Shown here piece by piece: positions 20,801 through 29,738 of a DNA stretch of 64,000 nt. The position numbers were made by a program, and so were the translations under genes. The DNA is from Candidatus Latescibacterota bacterium (lineage in GTDB: Bacteria > Latescibacterota > UBA2968 > UBA8231), in assembly GCA_965204725.1 (NCBI GenBank), contig OZ242005.1:2880001-2944000 (forward strand). Reading direction: 5' to 3'. The notes under the pieces were generated by a model that saw nothing but the letters and a program-made list of their open reading frames with translations, was not told the origin of the DNA and searched no databases. The first letter of the stretch is position 1, and every line of letters starts with the position of its first letter.

Positions 20801-21111
20801 TTAACCACCTGCGGGCCAGCGGGCTGTCGCGACGAGAAGCGATTTGCCTCGGCGGTCAGCACCGGCTCAGGCCCATTCTGATGACCGCCTTTACCACCAT
20901 CCTCAACCTAATGCCGATCGTGCTGCCGATGGTGTATGGCACGTCCGAGGGCTTTGCCCGCCGCTGGGGGCCGGTCGGCTTGGTCGTTGCCAGCGGCTTG
21001 GCGACCTCGACGGTGCTGACCCTGATGCTGGCCCCGACGCTCTATTCGCTGTTGGACGATCTGGCGCTGTGGTGCAAGCGCGTGATGCGCACGGCGCGCA
21101 GCATGGCATAA
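17845..21111 (+). CDS. Second RND efflux permease
   Basis: SD AGGAGG; 'GMLVDPAVVV', 'RLRPILMT'. Confidence 0.95.
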   Translation: MTLSEFSLKRPVTTLMLTLCALVVGFVALDRLPMEQLPSISSSGITARVQYNSSSPEEVERLITLPLEQTLGTLNNIDRISSSSGHNRGEVRVDFKAGTDMDLANMEMREKLDQARALLPADVDRVSLRRWQSDQRPIVYANLAWRGDGDRLLDVIQKVIEPRLLRLNGVANVVIDDLEEKQLIVELDQERLQTHHISLPSLGWQLNENNTNLSLGRVMDGGQRYMARAVGEFTRVEDIASMPLLGGQFRLGDIGAINYGFPEKRRYERLNGVDALQLEIFKASTANVVDVGEAIVAELKAIEGEYAGQLDVAIVRNRAEDVLQEADTLVNSALLGAFLAMIIIFVFLRNIRSTIVIALAIPTSALCVFIGMYVAREVFESTITLNMVSMMGLMLAVGMLVDPAVVVLESIFRRRQEDGLAADEAAHVGSREVGMAVLASALTTICVFVPFFFLSEGRSAAWMKDAGIAICLAVVVSMIVSLSLIPLASSRLFRAGVERFDRWLKLLVVAVVVGMACWQVRAVGWLGLQAWWDRWSGLIAASIGGMQWQTMLGCALAALAGAALGWYCSRHGLRASYSRLLNWTLDHRWVALLATVALTGTGYYLYNQIEQRGTPWTPERRVDMTVVIDRSYSLEEIRTHFDQIEDILLAQQDSLDLESLTTRFGLRRGSIRAYLVDADAGRFSTMEAGNAIKQLLPEKVGYTYKMGRSRSWTGNQLGVEVQLHGRNPEVLAVLMEDVKAGLEQFPGVQDVDSSLEDGEEEVRVEINRAQALGYGLSPREVAQGISAALGTRRTSGFKSDDREIDIVMQLNEGDRATLEQLKNSRYETRDGSSVQLASLADFELGYGPRDLKRENRVLNVTVFANTKDRGTARMLMEPIRQMMEGMQLPPGYSWDLGRAARWEQEEARDNHFTAIFAVLLIYLIMASLFESLIHPLTIIFAIPFSVIGVALGLYALDVPFDNNGVLGLLILFGIVVNNGIVLIAHINHLRASGLSRREAICLGGQHRLRPILMTAFTTILNLMPIVLPMVYGTSEGFARRWGPVGLVVASGLATSTVLTLMLAPTLYSLLDDLALWCKRVMRTARSMA

Positions 21112-21112
21112 C

Positions 21113-21844
21113 GTGAACAAGACCCAACGCAAAGAGCCGCCTTTGCGCGCCGCAGTGCCCGTGCAGGTTCGGCGCGCACTGGCCGAGCTAGTCGATCCCG
21201 ACGTTGCGCTCTGCTTGGCGGTCGCTACGGACATCAAGCTCGATGGTCAGTACGGCGAGGCGTGGCTCATGGCCACGGACGACCTGCTGCGGGGCGAGTT
21301 GCGGGTGGCGTGGATGCGCAGCCTGTTCGGCCCGGTCATGGCCTTTATAACCTCTCTGGGCACCATCATTTTCTACGAGCCGCAGGCCGGTGCCATTCTC
21401 ATCGACGGCCACGACACCCGCCACCTAAACCTCAAGTCGCTGCGCGAGCAGATCGGCGTGGTCTTGCAGGATCCATTCCTCTTCAACGGCACGGTGGCCG
21501 ACAACATTGCCTACGGCCATCCCGCCGCCTCGCTTGAGCAAATAGTGACCGCGACCAAGGCCGCCAACGCGCACGACTTCGTCATGGACATGCCCGACGG
21601 GTACGACACCATGGTCGGCGAGCGCGGCGTCCGCGTATCTGGCGGCGAGCGGCAGCGGCTGTCGATTGCCCGGGCCATTTTGCGCGACCTGCGCACCTTT
21701 GAGATCTATTCTAGCCGCCGCGATGTGCGCGATCTAGGCAGCGGCCGAGTGCTGGTGCAAGACGCCGACGGCAACCGCTACGAAATTCCCGACTATCGGC
21801 GGCTAGACCCAGCGAGCCGAGCCTCGGTCGAGGAAATGATTTAA
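21113..21844 (+). pseudogene. In-frame mosaic remnant of an ABC exporter-DUF1854 locus
   Basis: Consecutive pieces: ABC N-terminal domain, one TM segment, an NBD lacking Walker A and B, and a DUF1854 C-terminus ('DADGNRYEIP'). Paralogous to 24607-29613. Confidence 0.75.
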
Positions 21845-21884
21845 CGCGCTGTCCCATGATGCCGACGCGCAACCTAGCCTACGA

Positions 21885-22358
21885 ATGAGTTTGAACGTGA
21901 CGTCCAATAAAAAAAGAGCCGGTAGCGTCCTGTCTTTGCGGCGCGGTGCCTTGCTGATTTTTGTCCTCGGAACTTTGGGGCTGGGAGCCGAACTGCTGCT
22001 GTTGGGACATTTTGAAGAATGGCGTCAACAAGTGCCCATGGTGTTGCTGGGGCTCGGGTTGATCTTGTTGGCGGCGCGCCTGCTCTACCGAGGTGCGCTT
22101 GTTCTGCGCTTGTTCCGCTGGACCATGCTAGCTTTCGTCTTGGGCGGCCTAGCTGGCCTCTGGTTGCACCTGAGTGCCAATATGGAATTTGAACTGGAGA
22201 TGTACCCGACGCTGAGCGGGTTGGAACTGCTAGCTAAGGCATTGGGCGGCGCCCTGCCGGCGTTGGCCCCTGGGGCGCTGGTTCAGCTCGGATTGATTGG
22301 GTTCCTTTATACACACCAACACCCGGCCCTGAGCCGGGGGCAAACCAAGGAGAATTAA
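21885..22358 (+). CDS. Four-TM membrane protein of unknown function
   Basis: Hydrophobic helices; 'ELLLLGHFE', 'PALAPG'. Confidence 0.7.
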   Translation: MSLNVTSNKKRAGSVLSLRRGALLIFVLGTLGLGAELLLLGHFEEWRQQVPMVLLGLGLILLAARLLYRGALVLRLFRWTMLAFVLGGLAGLWLHLSANMEFELEMYPTLSGLELLAKALGGALPALAPGALVQLGLIGFLYTHQHPALSRGQTKEN

Positions 22359-22361
22359 GCC

Positions 22362-22991
22362 ATGCAGCGAGTCGTTTTAGCCGGGGTTTTAGCCATCTGC
22401 CTCTGCGGTAGCACTCATGGGCAGGTGGGTAAAAACGAAACGGTCCTCAATCCCAACCGCGCCGGCGTCGAGCAGCTATTGGCCTTGACGTCCCTCGATT
22501 CGGCGTTGGTCGAGGGCCTCATGGCGCGGCGGCCCTTTATCGGGATGGAAGCGTTCGACGCCTATTTGGATTCGACCCTAGCGGATTCAGTCAGAGCCGA
22601 ACTGTACGTCGAGATCTTCCTGCCGATCAACCTCAACAGCGCGAGCGACGCCGCGATGCAACTGGTGCCGGGGGTTGGTCCGCGGCTGGCACACGAGTTT
22701 GACGAGTATCGTCCCTACCAGAGCTTGGCTCAGTGGCGGCGCGAAATCGGCAAATACGTCGATGACGACGAACTCGCCCGCTTGGAGCAGTACGTCTTCG
22801 TGCCGCTCGAACTCAACAGCACCAGCGAGGCCGATTTCCGCACGATCCCAGGGGTTGGTCCGCGGCTGGCACACGAGTTTGACGAGTATCGTCCCTACCA
22901 GAGCCTAGCTCAGTGGCGGCGCGAAATCGGCAAATACGTCGATGACGACGAACTCGCCCGCTTGGAACGGTATGTATTTCTAAAAGAGTGA
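22362..22991 (+). CDS. Exported helix-hairpin-helix (ComEA-like) protein
   Basis: Signal peptide; repeated 'INLNSAS..VPGVGPRLA' HhH units. Confidence 0.8.
   Translation: MQRVVLAGVLAICLCGSTHGQVGKNETVLNPNRAGVEQLLALTSLDSALVEGLMARRPFIGMEAFDAYLDSTLADSVRAELYVEIFLPINLNSASDAAMQLVPGVGPRLAHEFDEYRPYQSLAQWRREIGKYVDDDELARLEQYVFVPLELNSTSEADFRTIPGVGPRLAHEFDEYRPYQSLAQWRREIGKYVDDDELARLERYVFLKE
22671..22966 (+). repeat. Intragenic duplication with 180-bp period
   Basis: 22671-22786 vs 22851-22966: 116 bp with 2 mismatches. Confidence 0.9.
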
Positions 22992-23569
22992 TGGCTAAAA
23001 CCGACCGCAAAAAGCAAATCATCGAAGAGGCGGCCCGCCTCTTTTCGGCCAAGCGCTTCGACGAAGTGCTCATGGACGACATTGCCCAGCAGGCCGGCGT
23101 CGGCAAGGGGACGATTTACACGTATTTTGCCGACAAGGAAGAGCTGTACTTTGCGGTGGTCTTTGAAGGGATTCGGCGGCTCAACGAGCAGCTTCAGCGC
23201 GAGGCCAATCGCCCGCAGGACCCCGAGGAGGAACTGCGCCGCATGGTCCACGCCATCGTCTCCTTCTTCAGCCAAAACCGCTTCTTCTTCCGCTTGATGT
23301 CGCAGGAGGACGGCAAGAGCGAAGGCGGCAAGGGCGAAAACCGCAAGCGCTGGCGGGCAGAACGGCGCATCCAGCTCGCCGCGATCGAGACGGTCCTGCA
23401 AAACGGTGCTGAACAGGGCGTCTTCTCGGTTGAGCATCCGAAGGTTGAAACCGCCATCCTCCGCGACATGGTGCGCTCGGTGATGATCCACGCGAAGGGC
23501 CTGAGTGCCGAGGCGATGGTCAATACCATCATGCGCATTTTCCTCCAAGGCATCCGCAAAAGGCCCTGA
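22991..23569 (+). CDS. TetR/AcrR family regulator
   Basis: 'IAQQAGVGKGTIYTYFADKEEL'. Confidence 0.92.
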   Translation: MAKTDRKKQIIEEAARLFSAKRFDEVLMDDIAQQAGVGKGTIYTYFADKEELYFAVVFEGIRRLNEQLQREANRPQDPEEELRRMVHAIVSFFSQNRFFFRLMSQEDGKSEGGKGENRKRWRAERRIQLAAIETVLQNGAEQGVFSVEHPKVETAILRDMVRSVMIHAKGLSAEAMVNTIMRIFLQGIRKRP

Positions 23570-23609
23570 GCGACCTGTCTAGCGCGGAGTTCGGATTATA
23601 ACCATCGGC

Positions 23610-24365
23610 TCATATATTGTAGTGCAGCCCGCACTCTTTGTGATCGCTCGCGCCGCTGTCGTGCCCGTTGAACCAGCGCCAGCGACCGACGCGCTTGTGT
23701 TCGCCCGGGCGGGTCGGGGTAGAGCATATAATGCAGCCAAAGCTCGGATAGCCCTGCCCGTAGAGCGGATGGACCGGCAACTCGTTTTCCTTGGTAAATT
23801 CCATTAGCTGCTCCTCGGTCCAATCCACCAACGGGTTGAGCTTGACTATTTTTCGCTGCGTGCCGTATTCATTGATCAAGGCCGCCTTCTTCGCCGTCTG
23901 CTGGCGGTGCTCGGACTGATCCCAACGCTGCCCGGAAATCCAACAATCCGCGGTCCGCAACAGCGCGTTGTTGGGCCATTCTTTGCGGACTTGGCAGCAG
24001 TGCTCCTGTTTTTCCTTGGAATCAAAAAACAAGTACTCGCCGTGGCGCGAAACCATAAGCTGGACATCGCGGCGCTTGGGCTGAAAGACCTCAATGTGGC
24101 AGCCGTAGCGCGCCTCAACTTCTTGGAGAAACGCGTACGTCTCCGGGTGGAGCCGGAGGGTGTCAATGGTTGCGAGGCGCAAGTCTAGCCCCAAGGACGA
24201 GGCTATGTGGATCATGGCCACGCCAGTGTACTGGAAGCTGGTGTTGAGGACGGCCCGGCCGGGAAAGGTCTCGCTGGCCCAGCGCAGCAGGTCCTCGGCC
24301 GACATCTGGGCTAGGGGCAAGTCGCGGATGTAGTGTTCTAACTGCTGATTGCGTTCTTTGTCCAT
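23610..24365 (-). CDS. cysH: APS/PAPS reductase
   Basis: 'IDTLRLHPET', 'CC..RK', 'GCIICS', C-terminal 'ECGLH'. Confidence 0.88.
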   Translation of the reverse strand: MDKERNQQLEHYIRDLPLAQMSAEDLLRWASETFPGRAVLNTSFQYTGVAMIHIASSLGLDLRLATIDTLRLHPETYAFLQEVEARYGCHIEVFQPKRRDVQLMVSRHGEYLFFDSKEKQEHCCQVRKEWPNNALLRTADCWISGQRWDQSEHRQQTAKKAALINEYGTQRKIVKLNPLVDWTEEQLMEFTKENELPVHPLYGQGYPSFGCIICSTPTRPGEHKRVGRWRWFNGHDSGASDHKECGLHYNI

Positions 24366-24442
24366 CTCGTCGTCTGAAGCAGGGGAAAATGACCTTATAA
24401 TATAAGATATGGAGAACATATTGAGAAAAGAGACGCGCAGGG

Positions 24443-24513
24443 CTAAGTACGCGACACCTGCTTTAAGTCCGCCTTTTCTGGTGCTCCCGCTACGTCCGGG
24501 ATCGAGGGCGTCC
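24443..24513 (-). mobile_element. Truncated MITE, copy 2 (reverse orientation)
   Basis: Begins CTAAGTACGCGACAC and ends inside the hairpin (CCGGGATCGAGGGCGTCC). Confidence 0.55.
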
Positions 24514-24606
24514 TTAGCAGGTTGGCCGCTTCATCCTCTTGCCATTGTTCAAACGGCAGGATTAGCTTTTTCAGGCTAGATAGGCGAACCAAAGCGAGCA
24601 CGAGCC

Positions 24607-26841
24607 ATGAGCACCCCAAAACTACTAGAGGCCGCCGACGCGCCCGCGGCGGCGCGGATTGCCGCCGCCCTGCCCGCTGAGGAGGAGGTGCTAATCCGCG
24701 CCTCTACGGATTTGGCCGCCGACGGGCGCTTTGGCCGCCAGTGGCTGGTCGCCACCCCGCGCCGGGTCCTCGTCGTGCCCGCTCAGGGCGAGATCGTCGA
24801 TATCCCCCTCGCCTCGCTGGCCGAGGTGCATACCGACGCGCTCGTCGGCGGCGGCCAGTTGGCGATTGAGCGCGTGGATGCGCCAGCCTTATCGCTGGGC
24901 TATACTAGCTCTGAGGCCGAAAAAATGTCCGAGGTGGCGCGGGGCTTGGAGCAGTTGCGCCAAGGCCAACCCTTTGCCATCAATGGGCGCTTAGACCGGA
25001 CCCGCTGCGAGCACTGCCACCGGCTCTTGCCCGAGCGAAACGGGATCTGTCCGGCGTGCATCAAGAAGCTGGCGACCCTCAAGCGCATTGCCAGCTATCT
25101 CGGCCCGTACAAACTCAAAGCGGGCGTTTTGGCCTTCGCCTCCATTGCCACCACGGCCGCCGAGCTGGCCCCACCGCTGATTACCAAGCGCATCGTCGAT
25201 GAGGTGTTGGTCCCGGTGGAGGGCCGCGCCACAGGGTTTGACGAGCGCATTCACCTCTTGGGCCTGTTCGTCCTAGGCTTAATCGGCGTCCGCTTCTTTG
25301 CTTGGGTCGCCGAATGGGCCCACGGCTGGATTGCCACTTGGCTCGGCGCGCAACTCACCGCGGATATTCGCTCGCTTCTCTACCGCCGGTTGGAAATGCT
25401 GTCTTTGCAGTTTTACGACAAACGCAAGGTCGGCTCCCTCATCTCGCGGGCCACCCGCGACGCCGGCATGTTGCAAGACTTCCTCGTCAATGGCTTGCCC
25501 TATATCGTCATCAACGGCCTGATGGTCTTTGGCATCCTCGGGTTTTTGTTTTGGATGAGTTGGTCGTTGAGCCTGTACGTGTTGATCCCCGTGCCGCTAA
25601 TCATGCTGTGGGGGGTGATCTTCTGGCAGCGGCTGCGCGGGTTTTTCGTCAAGTGGGGCGAGGTCTGGTCTGGCCTGACCGAGCGCACGGTGGAGACGCT
25701 TTCCGGCATCCGCGTGGTCAAGGCGTTTGCCCAAGAAGGCCGGGAAATCGCGGCCTTTGCCAAGCCCAATGCTCGGCTGCGCCAAGTCGCGGAAAAGACC
25801 GCGATAAATCGCGGCGTGTTCTTCGCTACCATCTCGTTCCTAACCGGGTTGGGGGTCTTGGTCGTCTGGCTGCTCGGCGGGCTACAGGTCCTCGGCGGCA
25901 AGATGACCTTGGGCACGCTGCTGGCCTTTTACTCGTACATGTGGCTGTTTTACGGCCCCCTAGAGTGGTTCGGTCAAGTCAATTCTTGGATGTCGCGGGC
26001 CTTTGCCGGGGCCGAGCGCATCTTCGAGGTCATCGACACCCCGCCCGAGGCGTATGAGGACCCGACTGCAAAGCGGGTGCCGCGTATGAAAGGGGGCATC
26101 CGCTTCCGGGGCGTCACGTTTGGCTATGACAAGAGCAAGCCCGTGCTAAAAAACTTTGACTTGGACATCCAGCCGGGCGAGATGATCGGCCTCGTGGGCA
26201 AGTCCGGGGTCGGCAAGACGACGACCGTCAATCTCATCGCCCGCTTTTACGACGTCGATTACGGGGCCATTGAAATCGACGGAATGGACATCCGCCGCAT
26301 CGCCCTGCGCGACTTGCGCTCGCAGATCGGCATCGTGCTGCAGGAGCCAGTGCTTTTTTCTGGCACCATTGCCGAAAACATCGGCTACGGCCGGCCCGGT
26401 TCCTCCTTTGCCGACATCATGGCGGCCGCCCGCGCGGCCAACGCCCACAACTTCATCGTCGCCAAGCCCGATGGCTATGAGACCCAAGTCGGAGAGAAGG
26501 GGGCGGGGCTTTCGGGTGGGGAACGCCAGCGCGTCTCCATTGCCCGCGCCATCCTTCACAACCCCCGCGTCTTGATCCTCGACGAAGCCACCGCCTCGGT
26601 CGATGTGGAGACCGAGTTGCAGATCCAAGAGGCGATTCAGCGGCTCGTCGAGGGGCGCACTACCGTGGCCATTGCCCACCGGCTCTCAACCTTGCGCCAC
26701 GCCGACCGCCTGATGGTTCTCGACGACGGTCGCATCGTCGAGGCGGGGACGCACGCCGCGCTCATGGAGAAGCGGGGGACCTTTTACGAGTTGGTCAACA
26801 TGCAAAAAGAGGTGGCCGAGATCATCGCCATTAAGGAGTAG
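24607..26841 (+). CDS. ABC exporter (TMD+NBD) with N-terminal extension and 4-Cys motif
   Basis: 'CEHC..CPAC'; Walker A GKSGVGKT; LSGGE; ILDEAT. Confidence 0.92.
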   Translation: MSTPKLLEAADAPAAARIAAALPAEEEVLIRASTDLAADGRFGRQWLVATPRRVLVVPAQGEIVDIPLASLAEVHTDALVGGGQLAIERVDAPALSLGYTSSEAEKMSEVARGLEQLRQGQPFAINGRLDRTRCEHCHRLLPERNGICPACIKKLATLKRIASYLGPYKLKAGVLAFASIATTAAELAPPLITKRIVDEVLVPVEGRATGFDERIHLLGLFVLGLIGVRFFAWVAEWAHGWIATWLGAQLTADIRSLLYRRLEMLSLQFYDKRKVGSLISRATRDAGMLQDFLVNGLPYIVINGLMVFGILGFLFWMSWSLSLYVLIPVPLIMLWGVIFWQRLRGFFVKWGEVWSGLTERTVETLSGIRVVKAFAQEGREIAAFAKPNARLRQVAEKTAINRGVFFATISFLTGLGVLVVWLLGGLQVLGGKMTLGTLLAFYSYMWLFYGPLEWFGQVNSWMSRAFAGAERIFEVIDTPPEAYEDPTAKRVPRMKGGIRFRGVTFGYDKSKPVLKNFDLDIQPGEMIGLVGKSGVGKTTTVNLIARFYDVDYGAIEIDGMDIRRIALRDLRSQIGIVLQEPVLFSGTIAENIGYGRPGSSFADIMAAARAANAHNFIVAKPDGYETQVGEKGAGLSGGERQRVSIARAILHNPRVLILDEATASVDVETELQIQEAIQRLVEGRTTVAIAHRLSTLRHADRLMVLDDGRIVEAGTHAALMEKRGTFYELVNMQKEVAEIIAIKE

Positions 26842-26854
26842 GATTAGACCATCC

Positions 26855-29068
26855 ATGCCCACCTTTTTGGAAAATCTGCCGCGCACGGTTGAAGCCAAAG
26901 TCCGCTCGCGCAAGGGCCGAGAGGAAAAGGTCCTGATTCAGGTCTCTACGGACATGGCCGGCGAGGACCGCTTTGAGCAGCGCTGGTTGGTCGTAACGCC
27001 GAAGCGGCTGATGGTCCTCGCGCCCAACGGCGCAAGCAGCGACGTGGAGTTTTCCCTGCAAGCGGTCAAATCCGCCCGCATTGAGGCGTTAGTCGGGGGC
27101 GGGCGCTTAGAACTGGAGCGCGGGGAGGGCGCACCGACCCACCTGTATTACTCCAACTCCCTAGCGCCCAAGTTCGCCGAGGTGGCCGAGGGCATCGAAC
27201 AGATCAAACAGGGCCAAGCCCTCAACCTGCCCCGCGAATTGGACCGTACGCACTGCGAGCAGTGCCAGCGTCGCCTGCCCGAGATAGGCGGGATATGCCC
27301 GGTCTGCCTCGCCAAATTCGACACCTTTAAGCGCCTCATCGGCTACATGCTGCCCTATCGCTTCCAGCTCGTCTTGTTGCTCGGTCTGACTGTGGCATCC
27401 TCGCTTTTGGAGCTGGCACCGCCCTACATCGTCAAGCATCTCATTGACGATGTGCTCGTCGCCGAGGCCGCCAACGTCAGCCTGCTCTACTATCTGGTCG
27501 GCGGCCTTTTCGCGATCGGGGTCGTCGAGTGGGGCGTCGGCGTGGTCCGCCGCTGGCTCAACACCCGGGTCGGCTTCCGCGCCATTGAGCACTTGCGCTC
27601 AGACTTGTTCAAGGCACTCCAGTACCTGCCCCTGCGCTTTTACGACAAGCGCAAGGTCGGTGCCTTGATCTCCCGCATGAACAACGACTCGGAGATGGTC
27701 GAGGATTTTCTGCTCTTTGACATGCCCTATATCGTCTCCAATGCCGCGATGATCGTCGGCATCTTGGGGCTGCTGTTCTACATGAACTGGGAGCTAACTC
27801 TCTACGTACTGGCCCCGGTGCCGCCGATTGTCATCGGCTCAAGCCTAATATGGAATCGCCTCCAGCGGTTCTGGGGCCGTTGGTCGGCGCGCTGGTCGCG
27901 GCTGACCACGCATCTCAACGAGTCGATCGCCGGCATCCGCGTGGTCAAGGCTTTCGCGCAAGAGCACCGCGAGTCCGAGCGCTTTGATCAGCGCAACCAC
28001 GCCCTGCGTCAAATTAGCGTCAGTGCCGAGCGCTCTTGGTTGGTCTTCTTCATGGTGACCAACTTCTTTATGAGCTTTGGCGGGTTCTTCGTGTGGTATT
28101 TTGGCGGTCGTCAGATCGTTGAGGGCGGGCTGTCGCTGGGCGAGCTCATGGCCTTTATCGCCTATCTGTGGATGCTCTACCACCCGCTCAAGTGGTTTGG
28201 CGATTTCTACAGCTTCATGGTGCGAGCCTTTGCCGGGGCCGAGCGCATCTTTGAACTCGTCGATGCGCCCTCCGAGCCGTTCGACAATCCAAGCGCCCAG
28301 CGCGTCCCCGGGCTCAAGGGCCAAGTCGCTTTTGAGGGCGCGGCCTTTGGCTACGACCCGGGCAAAATTGTCCTGCGGAACCTCGACTTAGTGGTGCAGC
28401 CGGGCGAGATGATCGGCTTGGTGGGCAAGTCCGGGGCGGGCAAGAGCACGTTGATCAACCTCATCACGCGCTTTTACGATGTCTCGCATGGCCGCCTCGC
28501 CATCGACGGGGTCGATATTCGCAACATTCGCCTGCGCGACCTGCGCTCGCAGATCGGCTTGGTGGCTCAGCAGTCGTTTTTGTTCAACGGCACGATTGCC
28601 GAAAACATCGCCTACGGCAAGCCCGGTGCCACATTCGACGAGATTTTGCGTGCGGCCCGCGCCGCCAACGCCCACGAGTTCATCGTCAAACAGCCGGATG
28701 GCTACGACATGGTCGTCGGCGAACAGGGCGACAAACTCGCTGGCGGCGAGAAGCAGCGCATCGCGATTGCGCGGGCCATTCTCCACGACCCGAGGATCCT
28801 GATTTTAGACGAGGCGACCTCGTCGCTCGACACGCCGACCGAGAAAAAGATCCAAGAGGCGATTCAGCGGCTGGTCCAAGGCCGCACGACTTTTGCCATT
28901 GCCCATCGGCTCTCGACCTTGCGCAGCGCCGATCGCCTCGTGGTGCTCGACGCGGGCAAAATAGCCGAGGTTGGCACGCACGAGGAACTCATGGGGCGCG
29001 AAGGCATTTTCTACCATCTGGTAAACACCCAACGCGAGACATCGGCCGTCATGGCCACTAGCGGCTAG
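26855..29068 (+). CDS. Second ABC exporter subunit with N-terminal extension and 4-Cys motif
   Basis: 'CEQC..CPVC'; GKSGAGKS; degenerate signature LAGGE. Confidence 0.92.
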   Translation: MPTFLENLPRTVEAKVRSRKGREEKVLIQVSTDMAGEDRFEQRWLVVTPKRLMVLAPNGASSDVEFSLQAVKSARIEALVGGGRLELERGEGAPTHLYYSNSLAPKFAEVAEGIEQIKQGQALNLPRELDRTHCEQCQRRLPEIGGICPVCLAKFDTFKRLIGYMLPYRFQLVLLLGLTVASSLLELAPPYIVKHLIDDVLVAEAANVSLLYYLVGGLFAIGVVEWGVGVVRRWLNTRVGFRAIEHLRSDLFKALQYLPLRFYDKRKVGALISRMNNDSEMVEDFLLFDMPYIVSNAAMIVGILGLLFYMNWELTLYVLAPVPPIVIGSSLIWNRLQRFWGRWSARWSRLTTHLNESIAGIRVVKAFAQEHRESERFDQRNHALRQISVSAERSWLVFFMVTNFFMSFGGFFVWYFGGRQIVEGGLSLGELMAFIAYLWMLYHPLKWFGDFYSFMVRAFAGAERIFELVDAPSEPFDNPSAQRVPGLKGQVAFEGAAFGYDPGKIVLRNLDLVVQPGEMIGLVGKSGAGKSTLINLITRFYDVSHGRLAIDGVDIRNIRLRDLRSQIGLVAQQSFLFNGTIAENIAYGKPGATFDEILRAARAANAHEFIVKQPDGYDMVVGEQGDKLAGGEKQRIAIARAILHDPRILILDEATSSLDTPTEKKIQEAIQRLVQGRTTFAIAHRLSTLRSADRLVVLDAGKIAEVGTHEELMGREGIFYHLVNTQRETSAVMATSG

Positions 29069-29082
29069 TGGGGAACGACCCA

Positions 29083-29613
29083 ATGACAGACAACCAAAAA
29101 CTAGCGATCACGCCGATTTCCGTTTCTCACCCCGAGCGCGTGGAAATCGACACGATACGCCTCTTCCGCGAGCCGGCGTGGATCTTGCGCCTGACCATCG
29201 ACGGCGACCGCTCGTACCTGAAGGTCAAGGTCGTTCGCGCCGCGCCCCTGTCCCATCCGACCCGCTATATCTGCCTCCTCGACGCCAAAGACGAGGAAAT
29301 CTGCATGATCGACGATCCCAGCCAGCTCAATCGAGCGGCCCGCGCCTTGATTGAGGAGGAGTTGGACCGCCGCTATTTGACTGCGGCCATTCAGCGGGTC
29401 CATGCGGTGCGCAACGAATACGGCACCTCGTATTGGGACGTGCAGACCGACCGCGGCCCGCGCGAGTTCGTCGTCCAGAACGTCGCGGAAAACGCCCAGT
29501 GGCTCGGCGACCACCGGCTGCTGATCACCGATGTCGATGGCAACCGCTTTGAAATCCCGCACCTCAACGAGCTGGACAAGAAGAGTCTGGCCGCGGTCGA
29601 GCAGGTCGTCTAA
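29083..29613 (+). CDS. DUF1854 family protein
   Basis: 'VRAAPLSHP..YI', 'WDVQTDRG', 'DVDGNRFEIP'. Confidence 0.85.
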   Translation: MTDNQKLAITPISVSHPERVEIDTIRLFREPAWILRLTIDGDRSYLKVKVVRAAPLSHPTRYICLLDAKDEEICMIDDPSQLNRAARALIEEELDRRYLTAAIQRVHAVRNEYGTSYWDVQTDRGPREFVVQNVAENAQWLGDHRLLITDVDGNRFEIPHLNELDKKSLAAVEQVV

Positions 29614-29676
29614 ATCTCTGTACCGAGTTGTAAGTACTGCGACCTGCGCACTGATTGCCCCTATTTGGAAGTGTGA
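29614..29676 (+). pseudogene. Possible C-terminal stub of an AddB/Cas4-like Fe-S nuclease
   Basis: Reads 'ISVPSCKYCDLRTDCPYLEV*' (CxxC-x5-C) with no start codon. Confidence 0.35.
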
Positions 29677-29738
29677 TAGGCAATCGTTAGCTTGCTTCTA
29701 TAGCCAGAAAACCATGTACCCAACACAAAGGAACCGCC

